DNA of 33,144 nt from a virus. Lineage: Duplodnaviria; Caudoviricetes. The notes under the pieces were generated by a model, which was given only the letters and a program-made list of their open reading frames with translations, was not told the DNA's origin and did not search any database. The position numbers and the translations under genes were made by a program. Where the stretch lies: IMG/VR virus record IMGVR_UViG_3300020181_000024, positions 1 through 33,144 of that record, one strand, 5' to 3'. Shown here in pieces: positions 16,101-24,659 of this stretch (position 1 is the first letter of the stretch; every line of letters starts with the position of its first letter).

Positions 16101-18044
16101 GGCGCGGGCCACCGACCGGGCCCCGTCCTCCTGGGTGCGCGCCACATTCCGCTGCGCCTCAGCAACACCGTTCTGCGCCTCAGCAATGTCCCGCTGCGAC
16201 TGCACCTGCTGCCGGGCCGCATCCTCACGCGCCCGCGCCAGGGCATGCTGCTGGTCGGTGACGCCCTCCTCGGCCTCCCGCAGCCGCTCCTGCGCGTCCT
16301 TGACCCGCTCCGAGCCCTCAACTCCGGCTGTCTGCGCGGCCTTCTGCTCGGCCGTGAGCTCCTTCGTCTCCGCCCGCTGGTCCTTGAGGCGCTGCACCGC
16401 CTGGTCGTAGGCCAACTGCGCCCGCTGCCGGTCCAACTCCGACGCGTTGGCGCCCGCAGCCTGCACCTCCCGCAGACGGAGCTCCGCCTCCTCAACAGCC
16501 AGCGCCGCATCCCGCTCCGACAGCTTCGCGTTGGCGAGCTGCGACTCCATGTCGGCGAGCTCCTGCGCCGCCTCCGCGCGGGCCCGGGTCAGATCCTCCT
16601 GAGCCTGCCGGGCGCTCCGCTGCGCATCCGCAAGAGATTCCTCCGCGGAACGCACCTGCTCAACGGCCTGCCGCTGACGGTCCGCGGCCTGCTGCACCGC
16701 ATCCGCCAAGCCCTGCTGGGCCTGCTCGACCTGCTGGCCGGCCCGCTCGTTCGCCTCCGCCGCGTTCCGAACCGCGTCCTGGACGCCCTGCTGCGCCTGC
16801 GCAACTTGTCGGGCAGCGTTGCGGTGCGCGGTCGCCAGCGACTGCTGAGCGCCCGCCATCTGCTGGGCCTTCTGGGCACCCTGCGCAGCGGCCTGGCCGC
16901 CCTGCATCGTCGCCTGCGTGGCAGCGTCCTGCGCGGCCTTCTGAGCCTGCATGACCTTGCCCATCTGCATGAACGCAGGCACAGCCACCAGGGCAATCGA
17001 TCCGATACCCACTGCGGCGGCCGTAGCAGCCGCCGCGACAGCGCCCAGCCCGGCAGCGGCCACAGGAAGCACCGGGAGCAGAGCAGGGCCGAACGCCAGC
17101 GCCGCCGTGACCAGCATTTGCATGCCAGACACGCGAACGTTCACGTTCGCGGTCTGACCGTCCAGGCGGTTGACCATCGCCTGGACTGCGGCCAGTTGCG
17201 CTGCCGCCGCCCCCGTGTCCACGCGGATTGCAACATCGGCATCCGACGCGGACAGAGCCTGCAGCCGAGCTTGGATCGCCTCGATGCGGGCCGTGGCGGT
17301 GGCGGTGTCCATGTCGACGCCGATCCGCACGTCCCGCAGCGTCGTCAGCTGCGCCCGCAGCCGCGCAATCTCCACCTCCGCCGCGGACGAGTCCGCGCGC
17401 AGGTTGATGTTCGGCAGGGCGGCTTCAGCCGCCTGCACCTGAGCGCGCAGCCGCTGCCCGAACGTGCCGTCCGTCTCCACCCGGATCCGAGCCGGATCAC
17501 GGCTGACGTCGTCGATCTGCTGCTGCAGAAGCTGCAACTGAGCAATCGCCGCAGCCGTGTCCGCGCGAACCGCAACGTTCGGGTGCGCGGCACCGATACG
17601 GCGCAGCCGTGCCTCGATGTCCGCAGCCTGCGCCCGAGCCTCCGCGGCATCTATGTCGATCCCGACGGTCTTGCCAGCCAGAGACTCCAGGCGAGCCCGC
17701 AGACGGGCCAGGTCCGCGTCGACACCCGTGTCGGACAGGCGCACGTCCAGGCGTGGCATGCTGCGGAACGCGGCCTCCAGCCGGACCCGCAGTGACCGCG
17801 CGAACGCACCACCCGTCTGCGCGCCCTGCCGAGTCGCCGCTGGCCGGGCCGCGCGAGCACCGTCCTGGATGCCGTCGCGGACAGCCGGGGTGATGTGGGC
17901 GGCGATCTGCCGGCCGATGATTCGACCGACCTCGTCACCGACCCGAGATGCCGGAGGCACCAGCGCAGCCCGGAGCCGTGACTGGATCCCTTGCGCGTTC
18001 GGCAGAACATCGACTTCGACGGAGCCGACGGAGATGGCAGGCAC
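13143..18044 (-). CDS. Tape measure protein with C-terminal NlpC/P60 peptidoglycan hydrolase domain
   Basis: 1633 aa, Ala-rich coiled coil, W/F-spaced repeats (WLWNTVLKP); GKPYQWGG...WDCSGF...GHT. Confidence 0.93.
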   Translation of the reverse strand: MPAISVGSVEVDVLPNAQGIQSRLRAALVPPASRVGDEVGRIIGRQIAAHITPAVRDGIQDGARAARPAATRQGAQTGGAFARSLRVRLEAAFRSMPRLDVRLSDTGVDADLARLRARLESLAGKTVGIDIDAAEARAQAADIEARLRRIGAAHPNVAVRADTAAAIAQLQLLQQQIDDVSRDPARIRVETDGTFGQRLRAQVQAAEAALPNINLRADSSAAEVEIARLRAQLTTLRDVRIGVDMDTATATARIEAIQARLQALSASDADVAIRVDTGAAAAQLAAVQAMVNRLDGQTANVNVRVSGMQMLVTAALAFGPALLPVLPVAAAGLGAVAAAATAAAVGIGSIALVAVPAFMQMGKVMQAQKAAQDAATQATMQGGQAAAQGAQKAQQMAGAQQSLATAHRNAARQVAQAQQGVQDAVRNAAEANERAGQQVEQAQQGLADAVQQAADRQRQAVEQVRSAEESLADAQRSARQAQEDLTRARAEAAQELADMESQLANAKLSERDAALAVEEAELRLREVQAAGANASELDRQRAQLAYDQAVQRLKDQRAETKELTAEQKAAQTAGVEGSERVKDAQERLREAEEGVTDQQHALARAREDAARQQVQSQRDIAEAQNGVAEAQRNVARTQEDGARSVARAQESLVAAQESAADSIASAQRQIASASLSAAGGVDQAALAQAKYQAELAKLSPSARETYDAFLGLRDAFKAWSTALQPTVMPIFTRALNGLKNSLPGLTPFVREAAAAIGDLQDRASRGFKSPWWKSFKRDLEGSMRPAIVGLGVAFGNVFKGMAGVMQAFMPHMDSISQRMQDITGRFANWGAGLKGSPEFERFLEYSAEMGPVLADTFGKIGSAFMEVGRALSPLSGPLLKLIGGIAEGIAIVAEKAPGFILLIYGIIVATKLWTIALWAYNAALMANPIVLIVIAVIALVAAVIYAYHKFSWFREGVQAAWAGIQAGALWLWNTVLKPFFSWFGGIVMWLWNTIIKPYIGFLIAYWQKVAAVALWMWNNAIKPAFGFIAEAAKVLATAIVVFLVTPLVLGFQLLAAVGLWLWQNAIKPAFEGIAAAGQWLWNSVLKPVLQWIGDKAKWLYQNAIKPAWEGIQAAGKFMWEVILKPLFKAFWDGLKTLGGWAKWLYKEAIKPSFDAIVSVGKSAWENGIKPIFDGWKKIIRGLGGVFSNAVGAIKTAWDKIKDVARKPVQFVVDTVYNNGIVGVWNKVAGAFGAKKLSKFKFASGGVMPGYTPGRDVHQFLSPTGGALELSGGEAIMRPEFTRAVGTGFVHTMNAAARSHGTQGVKAALAPVLGGNPPMPTDTSLRYSSGGTYPVQRFADGGIFGWIKDRASDAVGAGSAAWNKIKEGASWLKDGLEASARAGVKHVVDPLLKNFPGMDTGFGKMIRGVPNKIIDTLFGYSKEADKRGGGGIGGPRIQAALKWAKTQNGKPYQWGGNGNPSWDCSGFMSAIESVIRGQKPHRRWATMAFHGKQAPPGWVKNGNSQFKVGITNAGVGHTAGTLGKTNVESRGGDGVVVGSRARGYKDKLFTDWYGFEPGKYDNGGMLQPGFNLAYNGTGRPEPVLTGSQFNQLARGGSDGPITVEINTQDRALADFIDVRVHRNNQKLISVINAN

Positions 18045-18065
18045 CAGGAGCCTCCTCCCAGCGCC

Positions 18066-18892
18066 CTACGCGGCGCCCCCTTGCAGCAGCTCGAACAGGG
18101 TGTTGGCACTGCGCTTCGTGAGCTGCGCCTTCTTCTTCCGGGGTCCTGCGCCCGGCCGGCGCATTGGTTCCGGCGGATCCGGCCGCTTCGACTTCTTCTC
18201 CGTGTTGACGCAGATCAGGACCCACTCAAGGCGACGGATCGCATCCACTGCCGCGGCGAGGAGTTGCTCCTCCTGGGACCAGCGGCCCTTCTCCGGCTCG
18301 CCCTTGTCCGCCTGCGCGTCCAGCTCTGCCTGCGACATGCCGTTGCGAAGGGCGGTCATGGTGTGCGACTCGGGCGGCAGATGCTCGATGAACACGCGCA
18401 GCCACCGCCACGACCGCTTGCCGGTCAGAACTTCGGCGATGTCGTAGTGCCGGTCGATGAGATCGGCCTCTACCGCCTCCGCGTGGGCCTGCCAGAGCGC
18501 GACCGTCCCTCGGACTTTCCCAGGGACTCCCCTGCCTGCTCGCCCGCGTCCATGACGAAGCTCTGGAACTCCTCGGCGGTCGGATCCAGCTCCTCGAAGA
18601 ACTCGAAGTCCTCCGGGTGGAGGATTTTCTCAGCGAACTCGAAGATCAGACCCTGGGTGAGCATCCGCTGCCACGACACCCGCCACACAGACGGCGGAAC
18701 GATCCGCACCTCCTCACCGCACAGCAGAGCGGTGACGTAGTGCCCCTCGGCTTCGATCTCCTGAGCGGCGGCGGCCGTGACCTCCGGCTCGACGTCCGGC
18801 TCCGGCGTCCGCCGCGCGGTCGCGGGACGAGATGCTGCTCGGGCCGCGGTACGCGGCTTCCTGCTGGTGCTGTTGCTGCTCGTGTTCGCCAC
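18066..18892 (-). CDS. Tail assembly chaperone, long form made by -1 frameshift (gpGT-like)
   Basis: The -1 frame at GGGAAAG (18521-18515) is open: VRGTVALWQAHAEAVEADLIDRHYDIAEVLTGKRSWRWLRV, joining ORF 18066..18395. Confidence 0.85.
18470..18892 (-). CDS. Tail assembly chaperone (gpG-like)
   Basis: Between major tail and tape measure; ends ...ESLGK with slippery heptamer G GGA AAG. Confidence 0.85.
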   Translation of the reverse strand: MANTSSNSTSRKPRTAARAASRPATARRTPEPDVEPEVTAAAAQEIEAEGHYVTALLCGEEVRIVPPSVWRVSWQRMLTQGLIFEFAEKILHPEDFEFFEELDPTAEEFQSFVMDAGEQAGESLGKSEGRSRSGRPTRRR

Positions 18893-18937
18893 GGCGCGGG
18901 CTCCTCATCTGTACGGCGCGGGCAAGGAAAGGTGGGA

Positions 18938-18981
18938 GGTGGACGGGCCGGGCCCGCGCCACGGTCAGCGGCCCGTCCACC
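18938..18981 (-). terminator. 13-bp stem-loop after the major tail gene
   Basis: ggtggacgggccg / cggcccgtccacc perfect inverted repeat, followed on the minus strand by a pyrimidine tract. Confidence 0.6.
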
Positions 18982-18985
18982 CGTC

Positions 18986-19573
18986 TCAAGACCCGGTGTA
19001 CGCCTCGGTCTCAGGCACTCGGTCGAAGTGATAGACCGTGTTCCCGGCCAGGTCCGGGTAGGCGGTGATCGTCCACTCGAAGCCCGCGACTTCGTCTTGC
19101 TTGTGGTTGACGTCGGAGCGCTCCGTGATTTCGCCCTCGGGCACGTAGAAGCCGCGCTGGAAGTTGTCGCCGTCCAGGACGACGAACCAGAACGCCCGCC
19201 GGTCCGGCTCCGGCGACGCCGTCTCCGCGAACGTCGTCAGACCCGACGCCGGCGTCAGATCTGCGGCGTCCAGCCGGTACTGCAGGGCCTGCACCGTCGT
19301 CCGGCCCGTCTCCCACACCGTCAGCCCGAACGTCCGCAGGCTAGACGTGATAGTGGTGCGGATCGGGGCCGTGTACCCCCACGGGGTGAACGACTCCGAG
19401 TCCTCCTCGAAGCCCTGCACCAAGCCATCGTCGCTGATGGCGCCCAGCGGCAGCCACGGGTCCAGCGGCTGGATCGCCGGATCGCCCGGCGACGTCGAAC
19501 CGATAGGAGCCGTCCAGCCCCCGCCGTTCGCGCCGACCTCAAGAAGGTCCGCCGCGCGCGTGATGTTGACCAT
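18986..19573 (-). CDS. Major tail (tube) protein
   Basis: WLPLGAISDDG, FTPWG...PIRT, YVPEGEITERSD; likely start ATG 19573 with GGAG RBS (alternative 19588). Confidence 0.88.
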   Translation of the reverse strand: MVNITRAADLLEVGANGGGWTAPIGSTSPGDPAIQPLDPWLPLGAISDDGLVQGFEEDSESFTPWGYTAPIRTTITSSLRTFGLTVWETGRTTVQALQYRLDAADLTPASGLTTFAETASPEPDRRAFWFVVLDGDNFQRGFYVPEGEITERSDVNHKQDEVAGFEWTITAYPDLAGNTVYHFDRVPETEAYTGS

Positions 19574-19648
19574 TGGGTCTCCAGACATGCGAAGACCCCG
19601 CGATCGGCGGGGTCAGATTTACAGGGTCCGGCGCGGGCCCAATGCCGG

Positions 19649-20041
19649 TCAGGAGACCGGATGACAGAAGATCTCGTAGGTGCCGCCCACGCGACGCAGG
19701 GCGGTGTTCTCGTATGGGCGTATGGCGGGCAGAGTGACGACACCGGCCCGGCTGATGGTCAGCGTGCTGGTGGTCGAGCCGCGCAGGTCCCGCTCCACCC
19801 AAGCGACGGTCTCGCGGGCCAGGCCGAACGCCTCTGCCCGGGTGGCGGCGTACACGTCGATGTCGACGAGCATCCGGGCCAGCCGGCTTGCGGCGAGGTC
19901 ACCGGCCGGGACCTGTGTGATCTGGATCGTTGGCAGTTCGTCGAGCAGGTTGTTGTCCAGCTCGTCGCGGACCACGGCGTCCGGCCAGCGGGCCTGAGCG
20001 CGCGGGATGAGTTCGCCTTCGATGTCGACGACGACGGTCAC
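19649..20041 (-). CDS. Tail terminator protein
   Basis: TAGTG overlap at 20039-20043; LVDIDVYAATRAEAFGLA; synteny. Confidence 0.75.
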   Translation of the reverse strand: MTVVVDIEGELIPRAQARWPDAVVRDELDNNLLDELPTIQITQVPAGDLAASRLARMLVDIDVYAATRAEAFGLARETVAWVERDLRGSTTSTLTISRAGVVTLPAIRPYENTALRRVGGTYEIFCHPVS

Positions 20042-20367
20042 TAGTCCCGCCCGCCGATCTGCGCGGCCCGCAGCAACACATGGTGGGCAGGCACCTTCTC
20101 CGTGCCGTACTCCACCCACCGCGCGTAGTACGCCGTGTTGCGGACGGTCGCCGCGGCACGGTCGCGGCGCCGGCCGCCCCGCCTCGTGCTGTCCGTCTCC
20201 CAGGAGCGCTTGTAGTGGCCCGGGTCGGGACTGTGCTCGTCCACCGGGGAAATAGAGACCGCGACGCTCTTGATGACCTCGGCGCGGCGCTTCATCTCCG
20301 CTTCCATGCCGGGCATCCGCAGCATCTGCCCGATCCCCTTGCGCTTCACCTTGAACCTGGTAGCCAC
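20041..20367 (-). CDS. Neck protein (HK97 gp10-like)
   Basis: SPV...GHYKRSW, YARWVEYGT...HHVLLRAA. Confidence 0.8.
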   Translation of the reverse strand: MATRFKVKRKGIGQMLRMPGMEAEMKRRAEVIKSVAVSISPVDEHSPDPGHYKRSWETDSTRRGGRRRDRAAATVRNTAYYARWVEYGTEKVPAHHVLLRAAQIGGRD

Positions 20368-20382
20368 GTCTACCTCCCTCGG

Positions 20383-20754
20383 TCAGCCGGTGACACGGTC
20401 GGCGGCGAACTGGACGACACCGCGGGTGCCGGTGAACGGGGAATGGCCCCAGTCGCCGGGCTCGCCCGTAACGTCACAGTCGACCCCCCGGATTCGGGCC
20501 TTGTCCGTGGTCCGCAGCGGCATACCGGGGTGGTCGGCCACGGCGTACACTGTCCAGCCGACAATGACCGTGTCCCGGTCCTGCTGCTGAGAGCCCCCCA
20601 CCTGCGGCGTCTCCGCCCGCGGGGTGACCACACAGCCAGGCAGGTCAAAAGACTCGTCCGGACCAGGCAGTGGCTGGCCCCGCCCGTCGCGACCCGGCGA
20701 AGGCCCGGTACGGACGATCCGCACCGTCTCGCCGAACGGGTACGGGGCCGGCAT
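20383..20754 (-). CDS. Head-to-tail stopper
   Basis: GETVRIVR..RDGRG, DKARIRG..VTGEPGDW; synteny. Confidence 0.8.
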   Translation of the reverse strand: MPAPYPFGETVRIVRTGPSPGRDGRGQPLPGPDESFDLPGCVVTPRAETPQVGGSQQQDRDTVIVGWTVYAVADHPGMPLRTTDKARIRGVDCDVTGEPGDWGHSPFTGTRGVVQFAADRVTG

Positions 20755-21167
20755 CAGCCGTACCCCCAGCCGGGCTCGAACTCATCGGCGAACCCGTCGT
20801 CGTCGATCGGCCACGTCGGTGACGGGTCCGCAGTCGCCGGTGTCGGATCCACCGTGAACGCGCCACCCCGGCCCGCCAGGGACTTGAGCGCGGACTTGTC
20901 GGCCTTCGTCAGATACAGGCCCCCACTGCCCTGCGGGCGCTGCACGCTCATCGGGCCGATCGTCTCGTAACTGACCTGCTGCGGATTCACGTAGGCGCGG
21001 CCCGCCACTGACAGAACGACCGCCTGCGCGCCCTCCGGCAAAGGCTTGACGACGGTTTCACAGAGCGCCACCGCTGTCTGAATCAGCAGATCAGCGCGCG
21101 CTCCGTCGATCTCAGGCAGCCCGAGATACAGGCCGAGCTGCTCGGCTGTTGGAGCCTCGAATGCCAC
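20754..21167 (-). CDS. Head-to-tail adaptor
   Basis: VVLSVAGRAYVNP...ETIGPMS...GGLYLT; synteny. Confidence 0.8.
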   Translation of the reverse strand: MAFEAPTAEQLGLYLGLPEIDGARADLLIQTAVALCETVVKPLPEGAQAVVLSVAGRAYVNPQQVSYETIGPMSVQRPQGSGGLYLTKADKSALKSLAGRGGAFTVDPTPATADPSPTWPIDDDGFADEFEPGWGYG

Positions 21168-22206
21168 GACGACCTCCCAGCTCCTCGATCGCCTCGCACC
21201 AGGCCGTCAGATCCTCGGTCGGGTCCAAGGCAGCGGACCGGGCCAGAGCCCGCTTCGACGCCTTCCGCCACTCGGCGGGCTTCAGCAGCCGCTCCAGCGT
21301 GGCCAGCCAGGCATCGAGGTCATCCCTGTCCGCGAAGAGCCCCGCGTCAGCCAGCGACTCACACAGGCCCGGCGTCGGATGCGCAACGACCGGAATCCCG
21401 GAGGCCATGGCCTCCACCCCGACACGGCCCCAGGACTCATAAGACGACGGCATCAGCAGCACCCGCGTCCGCGAATACACCCGCTCCGCCATCTCGTTGC
21501 CCGGCACGTGATCGACGTACTTGAGGTTCGGAACATGCTCCGGAGGCTCCACCTGAACCCCGTAGGCGCCACGGACACCGAGGAACGGCACATCCGGCAT
21601 GCGCGCAGCGATCCGCCAGAACAGATCGCCACCCTTGTCGGCGTTGCAGTTGACCAACGTGACACAGTCGCCCGGCGTCGTCCGGTAGTCGCCGGCCACC
21701 ACTGGAGGCCGCACAATCATCGACCGGTCCGGCCGCAGCAGTGACGGGAACTCAGTGAAGTAGACCTCCGCCTCACGCTCCATCCACGTCGAGTTGTACA
21801 CGGCCAACGCCGTATCCCCCGTCGCCATGTTCCGGAAGCTCGGCTTGTGCGTGTTGTGCACGATCGACACGAACGGCGCCCCGTAGCCACGGGCCAGCGC
21901 AGCCGTCGACGGCACACCCTCCAGATGGCTGACCAGCACATCCGCCTTCCGGCACGCCTCACCGAAATCGAGACGGGACGCCAACGGCACCACACAGATG
22001 CCCTCGTAGTCGTACACATCCCGGTCGTCCGTGTAGCGGGACAACCACACACTCACGTCATGCCCACGCTCCACCAGTGGCCGCAGCATCGACACCAGCA
22101 TGTGCTCAGCCCCCGCATTGTGCCGCGGAGGCATCGCATGCACACGGACAACAATCCTCAAGGGCTTGGCCGCCCCGCCCGGCGCGGAAGCCGGGGCGGC
22201 ACCCAT
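21112..22206 (-). CDS. GT-B fold glycosyltransferase (GT4-like) in the head operon
   Basis: AGAE, GHDVSV, NADKGG, ESWGRVGVEAMASGIPVV (E-X7-E); TGATG-coupled to the major capsid stop. Confidence 0.9.
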   Translation of the reverse strand: MGAAPASAPGGAAKPLRIVVRVHAMPPRHNAGAEHMLVSMLRPLVERGHDVSVWLSRYTDDRDVYDYEGICVVPLASRLDFGEACRKADVLVSHLEGVPSTAALARGYGAPFVSIVHNTHKPSFRNMATGDTALAVYNSTWMEREAEVYFTEFPSLLRPDRSMIVRPPVVAGDYRTTPGDCVTLVNCNADKGGDLFWRIAARMPDVPFLGVRGAYGVQVEPPEHVPNLKYVDHVPGNEMAERVYSRTRVLLMPSSYESWGRVGVEAMASGIPVVAHPTPGLCESLADAGLFADRDDLDAWLATLERLLKPAEWRKASKRALARSAALDPTEDLTAWCEAIEELGGRRGIRGSNSRAARPVSRAA

Positions 22207-23159
22207 CAGGAACCCGCCGGAGTGCCGGTGTACTTGACGAACGCGTCGACGTCACCCATGACGAAGCCGTAGTACGCCTCCGCGAGGATCAGCACCAGGT
22301 TCTCCTGGAACGCGGAGTGCACGCCGCCGTCCTCGTCGACGTAAGTCGCCTCGTTGGAGATGCGGATCGTGATGTCCATGCCCACGCCATACGCGGCCTG
22401 GGACCAGTCACCGCCGATCGCCCGGAGCCCGGTGTCCACGCTCGTGGACTGGCGGCGCTGCTTGCCCGACACGCTGCGGGAGTACGCCAGCGGCTCGCCG
22501 ATCAGCGTGCCCGCCGCCGCCATGTTCGTGCCGGGAGTCTGCGTGTCCACCAGAATCGGACGCCCGGTCGTGTCCGTCGCCAGCAGCAGCTGCGGCTTCA
22601 GCCGGTGGTCGGCGACCGTACCGGTGTAGTCCCAGTCGCCATCGACGACCTCAGCCATGCCGTTGACGAAGTCCGCCCAGATACCGCCCTGAGCCTGAGA
22701 CGCCGTGCCCAGCGCGACCGAGTTCGACGTCGCCGCCAGGTACTCGGTGAACGGGCCCGGCGCACCCTTCATCGTCTTGCCGTGGATCGTGGCGTGGTCG
22801 AAGGCCCGCGCGAACGCCGTCGGCAGATCCCGCTGCAGCTGGTCGTAGAGACCACCCGTATTGGTCCGCGCCACCTCCATTGCCACGGGGATGAGGACGG
22901 CCAGCTTCTTCGCCTGCATCTGCTTGACGTCGACACCACCGGTCGACAGCGGCTTCTTCGCTGCCTGGCCGACCCAGTCGGCCTGGGGCACGTCCATCGG
23001 GATCGGCACCGACGTGGTCGCGTCCAGCGACAGCGGAGCCGGCCGGGCCAGCGACATGATCGCGCTCGACTCCACCGACTTCTCGAAGATCGGTGCCGTG
23101 ATGGTCCGCGGCAGAAGTTCACCGGGAACATTGCTCGTGGTGATGGGGGCCGTAGCCAT
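22206..23159 (-). CDS. Major capsid protein (HK97 fold)
   Basis: LLPRTITAPIF, KKLAVLIP, AFARAFD, AFQENLVLILAE; follows the scaffold. Confidence 0.92.
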   Translation of the reverse strand: MATAPITTSNVPGELLPRTITAPIFEKSVESSAIMSLARPAPLSLDATTSVPIPMDVPQADWVGQAAKKPLSTGGVDVKQMQAKKLAVLIPVAMEVARTNTGGLYDQLQRDLPTAFARAFDHATIHGKTMKGAPGPFTEYLAATSNSVALGTASQAQGGIWADFVNGMAEVVDGDWDYTGTVADHRLKPQLLLATDTTGRPILVDTQTPGTNMAAAGTLIGEPLAYSRSVSGKQRRQSTSVDTGLRAIGGDWSQAAYGVGMDITIRISNEATYVDEDGGVHSAFQENLVLILAEAYYGFVMGDVDAFVKYTGTPAGS

Positions 23160-23177
23160 GATTTCCTCTTTCAGCGG

Positions 23178-23825
23178 CTACTTGAGCCGCGAACTCAGCC
23201 ACCCGGCGAACTCGTCGCGCGGGTTGGGGGCCTGCTTCTTGTTGGCGCCGGACGCCTGAGTGCGGTCCGGTGCGGGACGCCGCGGGCCCTCCGGGGGCTG
23301 GGTCCTCGCCCAGTGCGGCTTGCGCTCCAAAAGCGCCTGGAGATCCGCCTCGATGGCGGACTCGTCGATGTCGCCGTCAGAGTCGATGTACGAGTCGAGA
23401 TCGAGCTCGCCGAACGCGTCAGCCGGATCGGCGAACGCCGCCCGTCCCTCGGTGGCGGTGCTAGCGAGGGCCTGCACCTGGCTGCGGACCAGCCGCTGCC
23501 GGGTCTTCGCGATCTGTTCCTGCGCCGACGCGAGCTGGTCGTTGAGGCGCTCGGACTCCGACTTCTCGGCGTCCTTAATGCGCTGCAGCTCCTGGGCCTT
23601 CGGCTCCAGCTCCTTCAGGCGCTTGCGGAGGTTCGCGGCCTCCGAGTTCGCCTTCCGGATCTTCGCCTCGGCCTGCTTCCGGTCGAACGGCTTCTCCTCG
23701 CCACCGGACTCCGCCTCCTGGGCGTCGCCCTGCTGCTCGGTGCCGTTCGCCTCGGTCGCCGTCTCCTCGACGGTCTCCTCGGTGCCGGTGTCCTGCTGCT
23801 CAGTCGTCTCGGTCTCTTCGGGCAT
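23178..23825 (-). CDS. Capsid scaffolding protein
   Basis: Acidic N-terminus, coiled coil (KANSEAANLRKRLKELE, DAEKSESER), FADPADA, KPHWA. Confidence 0.85.
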   Translation of the reverse strand: MPEETETTEQQDTGTEETVEETATEANGTEQQGDAQEAESGGEEKPFDRKQAEAKIRKANSEAANLRKRLKELEPKAQELQRIKDAEKSESERLNDQLASAQEQIAKTRQRLVRSQVQALASTATEGRAAFADPADAFGELDLDSYIDSDGDIDESAIEADLQALLERKPHWARTQPPEGPRRPAPDRTQASGANKKQAPNPRDEFAGWLSSRLK

Positions 23826-23885
23826 GACGAATCGGCCCTCCAGGGGCTGGTGAAAAGGGGAAGGCCGCCACCAGGGCGACCAGGA

Positions 23886-24659
23886 TCAGAAAGCTCCGGG
23901 GAGCGGATTGCTGTCGTGCTCTGCCAGCGCCCGCCTGAAGCGGGCCAACTGGCTGCCGGAATGGCCGGCGGCGTACTCCTGGTACAGCCGCGCCCACTCC
24001 GCCGCCTGCGGGGACAGTTCGAAGCGCTGCCCGCGGAAGACAGGTACGACACCGCAGTGACAGCCGTCGTGCGCTTCGAAGCGCACCGTGTCCCCCTTGA
24101 ACACAGAACCGCGGCTGGCAATGAGTTTGCAGAATGCGCAGGCACCCAGCGCCGCCGTTCGCGCCCACGCTGTGGCTTGCGCGTCCTCACTCACAGCGCC
24201 GATCACTGTGCTGCGACCGGTGTCCGCGACGAGCTTCTGCGCGACCTGCTCGGCCTTCTTCGCCGCCTGCTCCAGGCGCACGGCCAGCGGCTGCAGCTGA
24301 GCTTCGGTCGCCTGCTCCGGCTCCCGGTCCCAGACATCCTTCGTCGCCCACCGCAGGCTCGTCTCGGTCTTCTCGTCCGGTGGCGGATCTGCCACCGGCA
24401 CCGTGAATGCGCCCGGGACGCCGGCCGCGTCTCGCTGGGCTTCGTAGAACTCGGCGCCCACAGCAGCCGAAGTGCGAGCGTACTGGTCGATGACTGCCTG
24501 CATCGCGACGATCCAGTCCGGGATCGACCTCCGCAGCCGCGACGGGATGATCAACCGCCGCAGCCCGCGGACATCCCCCACCAGCAGCCTGGTCAGGCCG
24601 AGCTGCGCAGAGCGGTAGCGGGCGGCATCCTGACCTCCGTCAGAAACCGTCGTCGCCAC
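23886..24659 (-). CDS. MuF-like minor head / capsid maturation protein
   Basis: WAR...ACAFCKLIASRG...AHDGCHCGVVP motif; follows the portal. Confidence 0.75.
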   Translation of the reverse strand: MATTVSDGGQDAARYRSAQLGLTRLLVGDVRGLRRLIIPSRLRRSIPDWIVAMQAVIDQYARTSAAVGAEFYEAQRDAAGVPGAFTVPVADPPPDEKTETSLRWATKDVWDREPEQATEAQLQPLAVRLEQAAKKAEQVAQKLVADTGRSTVIGAVSEDAQATAWARTAALGACAFCKLIASRGSVFKGDTVRFEAHDGCHCGVVPVFRGQRFELSPQAAEWARLYQEYAAGHSGSQLARFRRALAEHDSNPLPGAF

